DNA of 63,509 bases, filler included, from Choristocarpus tenellus KU-1152 (lineage: Eukaryota > Protista > Phaeophyceae), in the NCBI GenBank assembly GCA_964200185.2. It is 11 parts of 11 records of this genome, joined end to end, with 100 filler letters (N's around TTAATTAATTAA, not from the genome) between each part and the next. Parts side by side here need not be neighbours in the genome. Positions count along the whole stretch, not along the records: positions 1 to 3,937 come from CAXNAD020017047.1; positions 4,038 to 7,707 come from CAXNAD020018603.1; positions 7,808 to 10,445 come from CAXNAD020026063.1; positions 10,546 to 16,923 come from CAXNAD020008267.1; 7 more parts are not named here. The stretch is one strand, 5' to 3'. Shown here piece by piece: positions 1 through 11,872 of this stretch. Numbering within the stretch: position 1 is the stretch's first letter; the number at the start of each line of letters is the position of its first letter. The position numbers were made by a program, and so were the translations under genes. The notes below the pieces were generated by a model. The model searched no databases and had not been told where the DNA came from. It saw nothing but the letters and a program-made list of their open reading frames with translations.

Positions 1-154
1 GGCGTCCGTTTTTCACCCTTTTTTCGATTTTCACTTTTTTTTTTTTTTTTTGTTGCACGGGTCGGATTTGAAATTTCAGCAAAAAAATGGGTTGTTTGGC
101 CGAAACGGACGCCCTCTCACAAACCACCCCCCCCCCCCCAAGATACTTTGACCC
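1..154 (+). mobile_element. MITE family C partial copy (similar ends at about 3000-3251 and 4038-4152)
   Basis: GGCGTCCGTTT...AAACGGACGCC subterminal inverted repeat, then poly-C and AGATACTTTGACCC, the terminus shared with families A and B. Confidence 0.65.
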
Positions 155-1432
155 ACAGATCGATACAGATTTGACATGAACGACTGACCACTCTCACTCC
201 CTTCCTCCGTCTCACTTATTTCCACCAGAAACGGACGAGCTGGAGGAACTTCTAGTCAGCGTCTGAAGAGAGCACAAGCGGGGACGAGTCTGTCGATGTT
301 GCCTCAACAGATAGAAGGGAGATGACGAGATTGGGGGGGGAAGTGGAAGCTCCATTGATGAGAACTAACTGAACTTATAACTGTGAGGAAATCACCCGGT
401 TCTTCTTGCAGAGATGGGCCTTCAGCGAAGAGAGAAAATTTGGCAAGACCCTGACCTCTGCCAGGAAGAAGAAGAAGTCGGCAATAGTCATTGAAGGGGT
501 CATGCCCCTGGAGAAGCTTGGTAGAAAGGATAGCCAGGAAGGACAACCAACTTTTTTCCTAACCAACATTTTTGCTTCTGCTCGCCCAAGGGTTGAGGCC
601 AACCCAGCCTCGACAGACAATTGTACGGATCAAAGAGGTCTACCCGTCACAGAGGGAGTAGGCGACGCACTCCAGGACGAAGTGGTGAATCGTTCCACAT
701 GCGGTGGTGACCCCTGTGCCGGACAGCAATCAGTCCACTCTGGCGGTCCAATTGTGGAGGGAATAACTGAAGGTTTCATGGAAACCTGCGTGATGGAACT
801 CCTCTGTTCGGCGACTAGACCAACATCTTCCCAGTACTGGGTGCAAACACAGATCCTTCGGTAGGTCATACATGATCACGTGTTTAGACAGATGAAGACC
901 GGCAAGGTGGCAAGGCGGCTAAGAGCATCGTCAAGGGGGACCATTGCGATGTATGTACACAAGGAAATTCTGAATACACTGGATAGTGATGGGGGGAAAG
1001 TCAAGAGGACGTTGCGTGTAGAGGATGTCGAAGCCCTCATTGAAAGAGGGTCATACTCCTGAGCCTCATGAAGCCAGAAAATTGGAACGAGAAATATTCA
1101 ACAATACTGAACCTATGGCACTGACTGACCGCGGCCTACCCCAAACTCGTAGACTTGTGGGAGAAGGGCGAGGAGTGCCGATACCAACATGCCCATCAGT
1201 TGAAGTAGAGCCTTCTTCGTTTCCGATTGAGCTTGGAGTACGGGTCGCTTTAGATTTGTTCCATTCGGGGCTAACTGTACGTTGGAGGTCTCCAACTACC
1301 GTGTTCATGCGGTTTGGATCTGACGGATTATGCCTTTTCACAGTGGTATTGGATCTATGTGGAGCAGTCAGATGTGTCAGTACATGAGATATGATACTTG
1401 AGGTGATGGTTCTGCTTATCTGACTAAAGTAA

Positions 1433-1691
1433 GATTGAAATTATCTTAGAGGGTACGAGTTTTACCCTGTTTGTTCATTTGGGGCTTGCCTTCCCACGGG
1501 TTTTTTTATGACATTGTCCCACTCCAAAATGTTTCGGAGTAGGTAAAATGTATACGTTATGAAAAGGTATGTCCAGAACAAGGATACTGACACTTCCTAA
1601 CAAAAACGATGGCCATAATTACATAAAAATCGGAACATTGGATTTTGGCCCCCAAATGGACACGGCCCTACCCTCTAGGATACTTTGGCTC
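1433..1691 (+). mobile_element. MITE family A copy (259 bp)
   Basis: Family TIR GAGTNAAAGTATCTTAGAGGGTA/TACCCTCTAAGATACTTTNACTC (slightly diverged here); flanked by TAA/TAA. Confidence 0.9.
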
Positions 1692-2047
1692 TAAAGTGCA
1701 TCAAAGCCGATGTAAACACTGCCAAAATATTGCATTTTATAATCCACTCTTTTCATTCTATTCCGCCAAGTTTCCTAGCACTTCGCCAATGCCTACCTTC
1801 GACACTTTCTCTGATTAACGGCCACTTATTCTTCTCTATTTCGTAACCAACACTCACCGTACTAACCTTCTTGCATTCACCAAACCTAACACCATACTTC
1901 ATCTCTTCCGCAACTCTGTTTGTCTAACCTTTTTCTCCGCACATAACTGGCAAGAAACAGTGTCCCTGTAGTAAACCCGCGGCTCCAGCTACATAATCGG
2001 GTTCACTTTCCTAACCCTAAGGGCACAAAGCAATAACATCACGTACA

Positions 2048-2306
2048 GAGTGAAAATATCTTAGAGGATACGAGTTTTGCCCTGTTTGTCCATTTGGGGC
2101 TTGCCTTCCCATGGGTTTTTTATGACTTTTTACCTACTCCGAAACATTTCGGAGTAGGTAAAATGTATACATTATGAAAAGGTGTGTCTGGAACAAGTAT
2201 ATTGACAATTCCTAACAAACATGATAGCCAACATTACATCAAAATCACAACATTGGATTTTGGCCCCCAATTGGACGTGGCTCTACCCTCTAAGATAATT
2301 TTACTC
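2048..2306 (+). mobile_element. MITE family A copy (259 bp)
   Basis: Same TIRs; perfect internal 17-bp hairpin TTTTACCTACTCCGAAA-ca-TTTCGGAGTAGGTAAAA; flanked by ACA/ACA. Confidence 0.9.
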
Positions 2307-2404
2307 ACATAAACCAACCTTGCTACCCTAACGACTATTAGATATTACGTCAACATGTATATTATCACCAAATCCACTCTTTACCACAATGTGGACATGT
2401 GTCG

Positions 2405-2970
2405 ATCCTAACCCTAATCCTAACCGCGATACCTAACCCTAACCTCTAACCCTACTTACACTGTTTCTCATTTTTTGTACTAAACCCTTACACAACTGCA
2501 ATCATATAAAAACCCTTCATTTTTGTACACAGGGCAAGGCATTGTTTAACCGTTTTCCTAACATTGTCATTTCGTCAAAAAAAAGCGATACAGCAATTCA
2601 CACAAACATCTTACACTCTACATAAACTTTACGAAGAGAATGGGTCGTAACCCCCCAACCTAACTTCCCCTGACCCTTACCCTAACCCTTGCCCTATGCC
2701 CATCTACAAACCATGACACAACCTACCAAACACCACGAACCCTATCCAAAACCCGTCCCTGTGACACGCTCAACCTTCACCATCCTAACCTAACCCTATC
2801 GGCAATGTAACCCTAAACTGAACAGAAAACTAACCCAAAATAAAAACATACTGTATATTTAGCGTTGTTCATGAAAACCCAAGTCTGAACACAAAACTAA
2901 CCCAAAATATAAACATACTGTATTCTTAGTGTTGTTCATGATAACCCAACGGCAATATACCCTAACCGCC
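2405..2970. repeat. Degenerate CCCTAA-rich, C/A-skewed region including a ~67-bp direct duplication (2818-2950)
   Basis: Visible CCCTAA variants and a duplicated CTGAACA.AAAACTAACCCAAAATA...GTTGTTCATGA. Confidence 0.7.
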
Positions 2971-3207
2971 AACCCTGTTTGAAAACATTGAAAATCCGAC
3001 ATATGCAAGCAAATAACCCAAAAATTGCCATTTCGAAAAAAGCCCCAAAACGGACGCCCGACCCCCCCCCCGACCCCCCCCCCCCCACCCGCCGCCAGCC
3101 CCCCATAAACGACGTCGCNNNNNNNNNNCCCTTTTTAAAAATAAGAAAAACCCACCAAATAAAAAAAAAAACACCAAAAATCCCAAATAAAAAAAAACCC
3201 CACACCC

Positions 3208-3238
<31 letters not shown>

Positions 3239-3417
3239 GATACTTTGACCCAGGCTTGTGGATTGGAGCTATACATCCTATGGAGGTAAGCTTCTAGAGC
3301 GTGCTGTGACATTCTCCCTTCACGCCCTCAGATATTGACGAGGCCCCCCAAGGTCAATTTGACAAACATATATTGCTTCTGCTATATATGACATACTCTC
3401 CCGGACTTCATAACATA

Positions 3418-3590
3418 GGCTCAAAGCATCTGGGAGGGGGGGGAGGGTCTACACCAGGGTGTCCTTTCGGACCCCTACAAGGAGAGTTACATTATTCATC
3501 CGATGCATGCAACCAAAATCACCCAAAAATCGCGACAACCAAAAATGGGCTCCGAATGGAGAGCCATCACCCCCCCTGATACTTTGAGCC
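3418..3590 (+). mobile_element. MITE family B copy (about 175 bp, poly-G/poly-C subtermini)
   Basis: TIR GGCTCAAAG(T/C)ATC/GATACTTTGAGCC; similar to 7300-7481, 10207-10397, 10546-10630, 35133-35201 and 49097-49164. Confidence 0.8.
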
Positions 3591-3937
3591 ACAATCCAAC
3601 TACATCAAGGCGATAAACCTACAAGAGAGAGATAACCCCTATAATGCACACTTCATCAAAGCAATACCAAACACCCGACTCCAGAAATAGACGTACAAAC
3701 AGGCTATTTTTGCACCATCATCTCATAGTCCCATCTAAATCTAAGCACTAAGAACATATCTTAAGTGCAGGATATGCCATATTTCATCGAGACAAGACCA
3801 ACCCTCCACGACTAAAGATGCTCAAATATACCATTTTCCCAATAATTGATGAGGGCCCATATGGACACCCCAGTGCAACCCCCACCCCCACCCCCTCACA
3901 GATAATTGGCCTACTCCACCACGTCCACTATATGAAG

Positions 3938-4037
3938 NNNNNNNNNNNNNNNNNNNNNNNNNNNNNNNNNNNNNNNNNNNNTTAATTAATTAANNNNNNN
4001 NNNNNNNNNNNNNNNNNNNNNNNNNNNNNNNNNNNNN
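3938..4037. other. Artificial contig linker N44-TTAATTAATTAA-N44 (also starting at 7708, 10446, 16924, 31635, 35202, 38817, 41664, 48997 and 59948)
   Basis: Ten identical 100-nt spacers carrying a six-frame stop sequence. Confidence 0.99.
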
Positions 4038-4105
4038 TTGGGTGTATTTGGTCGCCAGGTTAAGATTTAAAATGTCAGCAAAAAAAACAGTTTTTTGACC
4101 GAAAC

Positions 4106-4138
<33 letters not shown>

Positions 4139-4159
4139 AGATACTTTGACCCTGTATCA

Positions 4160-5870
4160 TTCGTATTTACCAGGTCATCTTTGTAAGAGGAGCACGTTTA
4201 GAGACCAGTTGATCGTTCCTCGCTTATTAGTCATCTTGTGCTCCATGCTTCCCATGACCAATGCATTGTCTGGAGGCCACTTAGGTTTCAAACCCACGTT
4301 CGATAAGGGTAGAGACTCGTATTGGTGGCCAATATTCAATATCAACGTTCGTACATGGTGTCGTGATTGTCGAGCATGCCAATGGCGTAAAAGACTGCTC
4401 ATAACAAAGCTACGCTTCCCACTGTCCATATGCCGGTTGACAGACCATTCCAACGTGTTGCTATTGATTTGGTAGAGTACAAAACACGTACCCCAGCAGC
4501 AAATGGTGTGATGTGCTCGAATATTGTCTGCTATTGATCACCTTCGCTCGTTTTGTTGTGCTGATCCCTGTCCCAAGTAAAGAGGCCACAACAGTTGCTC
4601 GTACGCTGGTAGAACGTGTATTTTCATTTTTTTGCCCACCTGAGTTGTTACACTCTGATCAAGGTACTGAATTTGAAAACAGTATTATTGTAGAGTTGCA
4701 ATCTGTCTTTGGTTACAAGAAAATTAAGACCACACCGTATCATCCTCAAGGAAATTCTGTGTTAGAGAGAGTATATGCTATGTTGCATTCTATGCTAGCA
4801 ATGTATATATATATATATATCTGTTCCTGAGGATAACTGGGCATCATTACTGCCTTTTGTACAGTTAGCCCATAACACAGCATTCAGTGCAAAGTTGCAT
4901 GAAACTCTGTTTTTCCTTCTGTTTTGGAAGACAAGCTTGTTTACCTGTTGATATTATCCTTGATTTGTCGTCTAATGCTGATTCAGATGTCACTACTGAA
5001 GAGTTTACTCAACAAACCAAAGATAACTTAGAGCTTGCATTTGAGCTGGCACGTCGTAATCTCTATGAACATATTAAAAATCAGGAGTGTGTCAACCAAC
5101 GTCTCATGTTCCCCTTGTTGTACCTGGTGTGATCAAATTCTAGTCCATAGGCCATATGAGAGTACTGATGGTCCAAATCTGAAGTTACTTCGCCCTTAGA
5201 GGGGTCTATATGAAGTACATCCTAAGGTATATCACCCGTCGTGTACAGGTATAGCATTACCTGGAAACCCACGTCCATTATACGTTCATCTGGGTAGAAT
5301 GAAGCGTTACTATCTCCTAAAGTCCAACCTCCCACACCAGATTTAAATGGACTGGATTATTTGTTTCTCATTACCGGGTGTAGACCATAAAGTATCTCAA
5401 CCTGTTTTTGGGCAATACACTATTGATAGCATTGTTGGGCATAGAGACGAGCCAAAGTATCTTAGAGGGTAGAGCCGCGTCCATTTGGGGACCTAAATCC
5501 AATGTTGCGATTTTGGTGTAATTTTGGCTATCGTGTTTGCTAGGAAGTGTCAATATCCATATTTTGGACCCACCATTTCGTAACACATAGATTTTACCCA
5601 CTCCGAAATATTTTGGAGTAGGAAAATGTCATAAAAAAAAACATGGGAAGCCAAGCCCCAAGTGGACAAAAAGGGCGAAACTCGCACCCTCTAAGATACT
5701 TTTACTCAGACCTGGTCCTGGTCATCGTTTGTTCACTAACGTTATCTATTGCTTTTGTCTTTGTGGCAATGGGCCGTCTTGTGATCTTGACAAAAGAATA
5801 GATCAGATCTCACAATGCCATGAAATGATTCCAGGCTATCGTGCAGTAAGTGGATTGGATAACCAGAAAA
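4160..5870 (+). mobile_element. Degenerate Ty3/Gypsy integrase with chromodomain-like C-terminus
   Basis: Zinc-binding region GGHLG...YWWP...CRACQ; rve core LHSDQGTEF and TTPYHPQGNSVLER; FGRQACLPVD; YTIDSIVGHR...GPSCDL. Many stops and frameshifts; interrupted by a MITE at 5449-5707. Confidence 0.9.
5449..5707 (-). mobile_element. MITE family A copy (259 bp) inserted in the Gypsy integrase
   Basis: Reverse-orientation copy; flanked by AGAC/AGAC. Confidence 0.9.
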
Positions 5871-7299
5871 AAATTCTCGTCCCACACAGTGTGAACTTGA
5901 GAATTCGTAATTTCTCTTATCATACTCCTTTGCAAAGTTTGTATATCATGCATTGACGTAATATTGTAATCTATTGTTTAGTAAAGGGATTATTGTATAT
6001 ATGTGTGATACAGATCCTTGCCAATTTTGTTGTTGTTGTGGTTGTTTATTGTGTGTTTATCTATATATTTATGACTTCTGTGTCTTGGCGAGATCTGGTG
6101 GTACCTACATACTGTAATCCTTTACATAGGTTGACCATCTAGTTTAGACAAATCGTTTGTATATCACTTCTGTCATAGATGGGCATAGTCTATCGTTTCG
6201 TGAAGAGACGAAATAACTGGTAAAATATGCCAGTTATCCTTTTCGCGACCAGCTCTGACTTGGCATCTCGTGGTTACCAGGTTTATTAATCCTTGCAAAT
6301 AGACTATACATGTATGTTGGTGGATTAGATATAAATTAATGTACAATTAATTTTATTTATAAACTCTCCTTGCTTACATGAGTGGACACATGCAGTGGTG
6401 AAGAGACTGTATCACTGGGCACATCAGCACTTGTGTGCTAAAGGTGACTGTTCATTACATCATGTCACGTTTTGATGAAATGTATATATTGACCATCATG
6501 AAATGACTAAACCCATACAACAAAAATGAAGATTCAGTCTATCACTTGGTAAGAGACGGAGACTTAAGGTGAGTCATTCACATTATTTATTTTATTTGTT
6601 TGAGTGGCATGATCCTTACGACATGATGTAATGGTCGTACAGTCACCTCGAATTATTTTGGAGAGTTGAGTCACCAACATCGTACGTCCGAGTTGTCCAC
6701 TTGGACTATTGTTGTTGTCGTGAGCAATATTCCAATCGATGTCAGAATTGAGGAAGGAGAATGGGTGCACACATTTGATCTCGTCATTTGCTGTGTTGAT
6801 TTGGTCATGTAACACGTGATGTTGTTTTCATGCATTGGAGTGGTGATCAAATTATCGTATAACACCCGTATAGCAAAGTCGAATCACAAACACTAGTCAA
6901 ACCGTTTATTGATATCATACAGCGATTGCTCCTCGTATCCCCATTCTGAGTATTTTATTATTATGCCCTCTGACATTTTGCAGATGTGTCAGGGAGGAAA
7001 CCAATGAGAACTATTCACATGTTAGTATGAGCCCTAAGGAAATAAAATATGCTACAAATGTGAAAAACATTAATCTATTTGCTATTTTACTATCTATGTT
7101 TATACCAGTGCCTTCCTACGCCTCCAATCTACCTATTCCTGTGCCTCAGGGTGAGGAGCTAGGGAGGCATCCCAAGAATCCCAACAAACCCCTCCGTGTC
7201 TATCTCCCTGGTGACTCCAGGTTTAAAAGCATGGCACGTTCAGATAGTGCCACCTGTGTAGTTACCGAGGCAATTTGGCGTAGCCGGGATTTAACCACT

Positions 7300-7481
7300 G
7301 GCTCAAGGTGTCTGAGAGGGGATGGCGGCTGTCCATTTGGGGCCAATTTTTTTTTGTCGCCATTTTTGGGTGATTTGGTTGCATACGACGGATGGATAAT
7401 GCAAGTGCACTTTTCCTATTTATGACCCAAATGGACACCCTAGTGTAGAGCTCCCCCCCCCCCCACCAGATACTTCGCGTC
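7300..7481 (-). mobile_element. MITE family B copy
   Basis: Reverse copy of 3418-3590; flanked by ACT/ACT. Confidence 0.8.
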
Positions 7482-7530
7482 ACTTCTTTCCTGCTTTATC
7501 CTCCAGTTCCTCTCCCCCCCATGTGTGTAG

Positions 7531-7705
7531 CCAGCTCATCCAGGAAGCATTCCGCTTGCTTGCCAAGGCGCCCAAGCTTTCCACTGCGAAGGTGTTGAGT
7601 TTACAACTACGAGGATCAAAAGAGCCCTCATATTGGGTGCGCTTTCGCGCCTCAGCTGCAGCAGCAGCTATACCATTGCTGGTGGATGAGTGTGCAAGAT
7701 GGGAG
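7531..7705 (+). CDS. Isolated candidate exon, unknown protein (QLIQEAFRLLAKAPK...DECARWE)
   Basis: Pyrimidine tract plus TAG at 7528-7530, open frame, GAG|GT at the contig end. Confidence 0.5.
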
Positions 7706-8189
7706 GTNNNNNNNNNNNNNNNNNNNNNNNNNNNNNNNNNNNNNNNNNNNNTTAATTAATTAANNNNNNNNNNNNNNNNNNNNNNNNNNNNNNNNNNNNN
7801 NNNNNNNCCTCCCCCCCGCCCCCTTTGGGCTTGTGAGCTCACTCCTCCTTTGTCCTTCCTTACCTCATCTACAACCTGTTCAAACACAACTAGGAATCAA
7901 TCATCAATCATCAATCATCAATCATCAATCAAGTTTACATACACAAGTCTCGGGAACACCAGCTGTTGATGTTCTTTAAACAGAACATCTCTTCCATCCC
8001 CATCACACACACAAACACACAAACACACAAACACGTTCTGGGCAAAGAACAATATTTAAAAAAGAGAAGAACTGTGCTGGAGGCCTGCGATGCTCTCTAA
8101 TATTTGAAGCATCGGATGTAAGCATCGTAGCGGTGCATTCAACCTCGAGTCATCAAACCCTAACCCTAACCCTAAACCAGTACGTGTGC

Positions 8190-8257
8190 GTCTTGCTTGG
8201 ACAAACCCGACATCAACACGGCAGAACTCAAAATAGCAGTCACCGTCATCCAAGCGT
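8190..8257 (-). CDS. Candidate exon of the same minus-strand gene (frame and donor uncertain)
   Basis: ctgac branch-like motif, pyrimidine tract and TAG acceptor at 8258-8260 on the minus strand; two frames are open. Confidence 0.3.
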
Positions 8258-9949
8258 CTATTGAGAAGAGAGTGAATCGATGTGAGTCAGGTGGGGCACG
8301 AGAGAGGGTCCATCTCGTCCGTCCATATCCGTCATCTACTCGATCAATCCCTAACCCTATTTACAACAGTGGAATTGTCTAATACATATATATATATATA
8401 TATATCTCAAAAGTGATCTTTTTTGACATGCTAGGCGTTGGCGGTGCAAGCTACTCTTGTATTCAATCTCTGATAATCTGCCTACAAATATTTGGTGTAT
8501 GTGTATGTATATGTATGTATATGTATATCAGTTGCTCTGAGTTGGTCTACGTGAAAGACTGCATAATGAATAGAAGTTAATCCCGATATGTGGAAGACTC
8601 TACAACCCTTGTTCCGCTGCTCAGGGCTGTCTTTGGAATGCCACATGAGCGTATAGACCTCTAGTGGGGTTAGGGTTAGGGTTAGCTATGCCATAGCCTT
8701 CCATGAGGGTAAAGGGGAAGAGGAGGCTACATTTACAGGACAGTGCATCCAAAAAGTCATTCCATGGGACCATCTTTGTCCAATACAAGGGAAACTACAA
8801 ATCATCCGCACCTCATAAGTTGGACCTTAAAAGGAAAGCCAACCATCGCTTAGAGCGATTCCCTTATTATGCAAAGCGATTTTGTCCTGGAGGTTTTGTC
8901 TAGTATACTCAAGTTGGCTCCCATCATGAAAAGTGATAACCTATCCCAATCAGCACATAAACTTGGACGTTTCTTTCCACTGGGGTTTCAAAATTGGCCA
9001 GACAATCGTTGATATTATCCCTGTGGAGCAGCACCTTTTTTTCAGATTCTTGTTTTGACAGTTTCAGATTTTGAGCATGAACCTGGGCCTGTGATCTGAG
9101 GCTAGCTGCCTCTCTCAGGATAGATGCTTTCCATGGTCTGAACCAGTGGGCTGCTGCCCCTGGAGTCTTGAGGACCTGGACCAAAGATGGGACCCACCGT
9201 GGGCCCTGGTGATTTCATCTGCTAAGTGTTTCAATATCATACAGGCGCTGTGATACGCATTACCCATCATACTATCATCACACCTCAGTCATGAGGGTTA
9301 TACCCAGATCTTTAGGAATATTTTACAAAAGAGGAAGGAAAAGTAGGTTTTAGTGTGGGAATATGGCTTTGGGGGGTTCAAAGATATGCTTGAAAGCCAG
9401 CGTTTTGCCCCAACTTGTAAGATCATCCTGGCGATGATGCCATAGCTGAGAAATTACTTCAACGCCCTGCCCTTTTCACCAAATGCCACAGGCAGGGAGG
9501 GAGGGAGGGTACTATCACGCTTGGTTTCAATGTACGATCCTGAACATACCAATGGAATAAGAACTCCAAGCACTAGATAGTCCTGAACAAATCAGGCAAT
9601 AACAGGTGTGCATTAGGCTGAGTGGAAGGATTCTAGTGAGCCTGTTGTCTAATACACCTAGTATATTAAAGTATGTATACTTGTTGCACATATTATCATG
9701 ACATTTTGCAGAGAATATATATCATTGATATTTTCTAACAGGCACGAAAACATCTGCAACAATGTCAGTGGGCATAATATCATGACCTATCCAACAGGCA
9801 TTATTCACAAATATATATATATATATATTAAATGATTCTCTTCACTGCTAAAAAACAACAACATAGTGTACTGCAAAGAGAGTGCTCGGGAGAGGGCGAA
9901 GGAAGCGCAAATGCATCACCCTGTGACACCTGGCTCTTGCATTACCCAC

Positions 9950-10045
9950 CTCTTCCGTCAGCCACTTTGGTAGGAAAGGCTTAATCCATTTGCAGCCGAA
10001 GAACGCTTCCGACAGGGAGGAGAACTGTAGGTCAAAGTTGAACGC
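9950..10045 (-). CDS. Candidate exon, unknown protein (AFNFDLQFSSLSEAFFGCKWIKPFLPKWLTEE)
   Basis: On the minus strand: pyrimidine-rich tract, AG acceptor, 32 open codons, GAG|GTGGGT donor. Confidence 0.4.
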
Positions 10046-10206
10046 CTTGCAATGGTGGAGAACAGTAGTGGCAGTTGATGTTGGGGAATGAAGGGCGGAG
10101 GAGGGAGGTTTGAGTACGAGGTCGAATCATGTCGGTGGATGATGTCTTTGTGTAGTGAATGTGCTTGGGGTTGTCTTTAGAAATGGAGAGAGGGGATGTG
10201 GATGTG

Positions 10207-10355
10207 GGCTCAAAGTACTAGGGGGGGGGGGTCTACACCAGGGTGTCCATTTGGGCCCAGACCAGTAGAAGTGCACTTATATTATCTGTCCAATGCATGC
10301 AACCAAATTGCCCAAAAAATCGTGACATGGAGAAATGGGCCCTAAATGGACAGCC

Positions 10356-10397
<42 letters not shown>
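10207..10397 (+). mobile_element. MITE family B copy running into poly-C near the contig end
   Basis: GGCTCAAAGTAC..(G)n TCTACACCAGGGTGTCCATTTGGG...AAATGGACAGCCA(C)n. Confidence 0.8.
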
Positions 10398-10399
<2 letters not shown>

Positions 10400-10545
10400 G
10401 GCCCGGCGGCGCGGCGGGGGGGGGGGGGGGGGGGGGGGGTGGGGGNNNNNNNNNNNNNNNNNNNNNNNNNNNNNNNNNNNNNNNNNNNNTTAATTAATTA
10501 ANNNNNNNNNNNNNNNNNNNNNNNNNNNNNNNNNNNNNNNNNNNN

Positions 10546-10630
10546 GAACCCCTAAATGCACTTTTCCTGATTTTGACCCAAATTGACACCCTGGTGTAGA
10601 CCCCCCTCCCCCCCCCAGATGCCTTGGGTC
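10546..10630 (-). mobile_element. MITE family B partial copy at contig start
   Basis: GACACCCTGGTGTAGACCCCC...CAGATGCCTTG. Confidence 0.7.
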
Positions 10631-11186
10631 ATATCTGTGGAACAGATGTCAGGGTGAGTGAGGATTCTGGATTGGCGGGGTCTTTTCCTACGTGCTTCAC
10701 CCTTGTGTAGTATCTACAGTCACCGTCGAGGCACTAGTGTGGTCTACACACCATCAACAAAGATAGAACAACCCAGATGAACTTGATGATGGTAGAAATA
10801 ATGTTTAACGCATGTGGTTGAGCAAGGAAAAGACATGTTGGTGATGTTGCCATTAGTTTCCCAGAACACACACCAGGTAGCATGAGGGGCTTGGATGGCC
10901 CAACGAGAATAATGCACACAGTGCCGACATCTTGAAGGGACCCCTCCTACCTTCTATAACAGGTGAGTGCTTATTCAACAATTTAACCCTCAAGACCTCA
11001 GACAACCCCTATGTACTTATATATTACAATACAACTGCAATAATGATGGTGGTGGTACAAAGTAATAGCAATACTCCAGAGTAGTAGAAGGATTAGGAGT
11101 AGAGAAATAGTACATTTTCGTATCAGGACCTCTAAATGTATGTATGATGCATTTACGAAATTGTTATGTACTGAGCCCAAATATAC

Positions 11187-11389
11187 CGAGAGGTACCCAG
11201 GTTTTGACCAGTTTGGATGTTAATTTTCTTCTTCAATCTTTTCCAATTCACTCATTTTTCTATGGTTGAAGTTCTAAGTTTGACTTGAGAGCGTTGATTT
11301 CTCTTCATTTGAAAAATTTCCGACACAAGTCAGAAAATACCCTGTACACATTTTTCAGCATCCTCAAAATGCAAGTCTGGTACATCTCG
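11187..11389 (+). mobile_element. MITE family D diverged copy
   Basis: CGAGAGGTACCCAG...CTGGTACATCTCG; body similar to 11641-11872. Confidence 0.75.
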
Positions 11390-11640
11390 CTTACGTTGAC
11401 TTACTAACGACTAATAATGCTGATGTTATTGTTATATGATCAAACATTTGATGAGGACAGACTAATTGGTTTCAAAGCTTTTGATCGATGATCATGATCT
11501 CAACTATTTCAGTAGTATATATATATATATATACGTACGAATAGTGAATGCTATCTGACATTAACACCATTCTGAACACGATACAACCTTAACTTCTGTA
11601 GTGATGTGTAAGAAATAGTAGTAGATAGTCGTTTGAGTCA

Positions 11641-11872
11641 GAGTAAACGAGAGGTGCCCAGATTTTGACCGTTTTGCATTGTAAGCCAGTTTTTCAATCT
11701 TTTGCAATTTCTATGAAGTGTAAAGTTTTACTTACGATCATTTATTTCTCTCTTGTTTGAAACTTTTTGACAAAATTCAAAAAATGTACCACACCCATTT
11801 GTAAAAAATCCAATTGTTGCACATACTTGTCAGCAACCTCAAAATGCAACTCTGGGCACCTCTCGTTTACTT
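11641..11872 (+). mobile_element. MITE family D copy (about 230 bp)
   Basis: 22-bp TIR GAGTAAACGAGAGGTGCCCAGA/TCTGGGCACCTCTCGTTTACTT; related copies at 11187-11389 and 17590-17870. Confidence 0.85.

Noticed and set aside
2936-3312. Gly/Pro-rich ORFs (also 10243-10497)
   Set aside because: They come from poly-G/C tracts of MITEs and low-quality sequence next to gaps.
3938-4037. Recurrent TTAATTAATTAA motif within N runs
   Set aside because: Artificial six-frame-stop linker between contigs. Adjacency across these linkers carries no biological meaning.
10720-10970. Possible exon ending in a strong AG|GTGAGT donor at about 10962
   Set aside because: Stops interrupt the frames I checked and no protein is recognisable.
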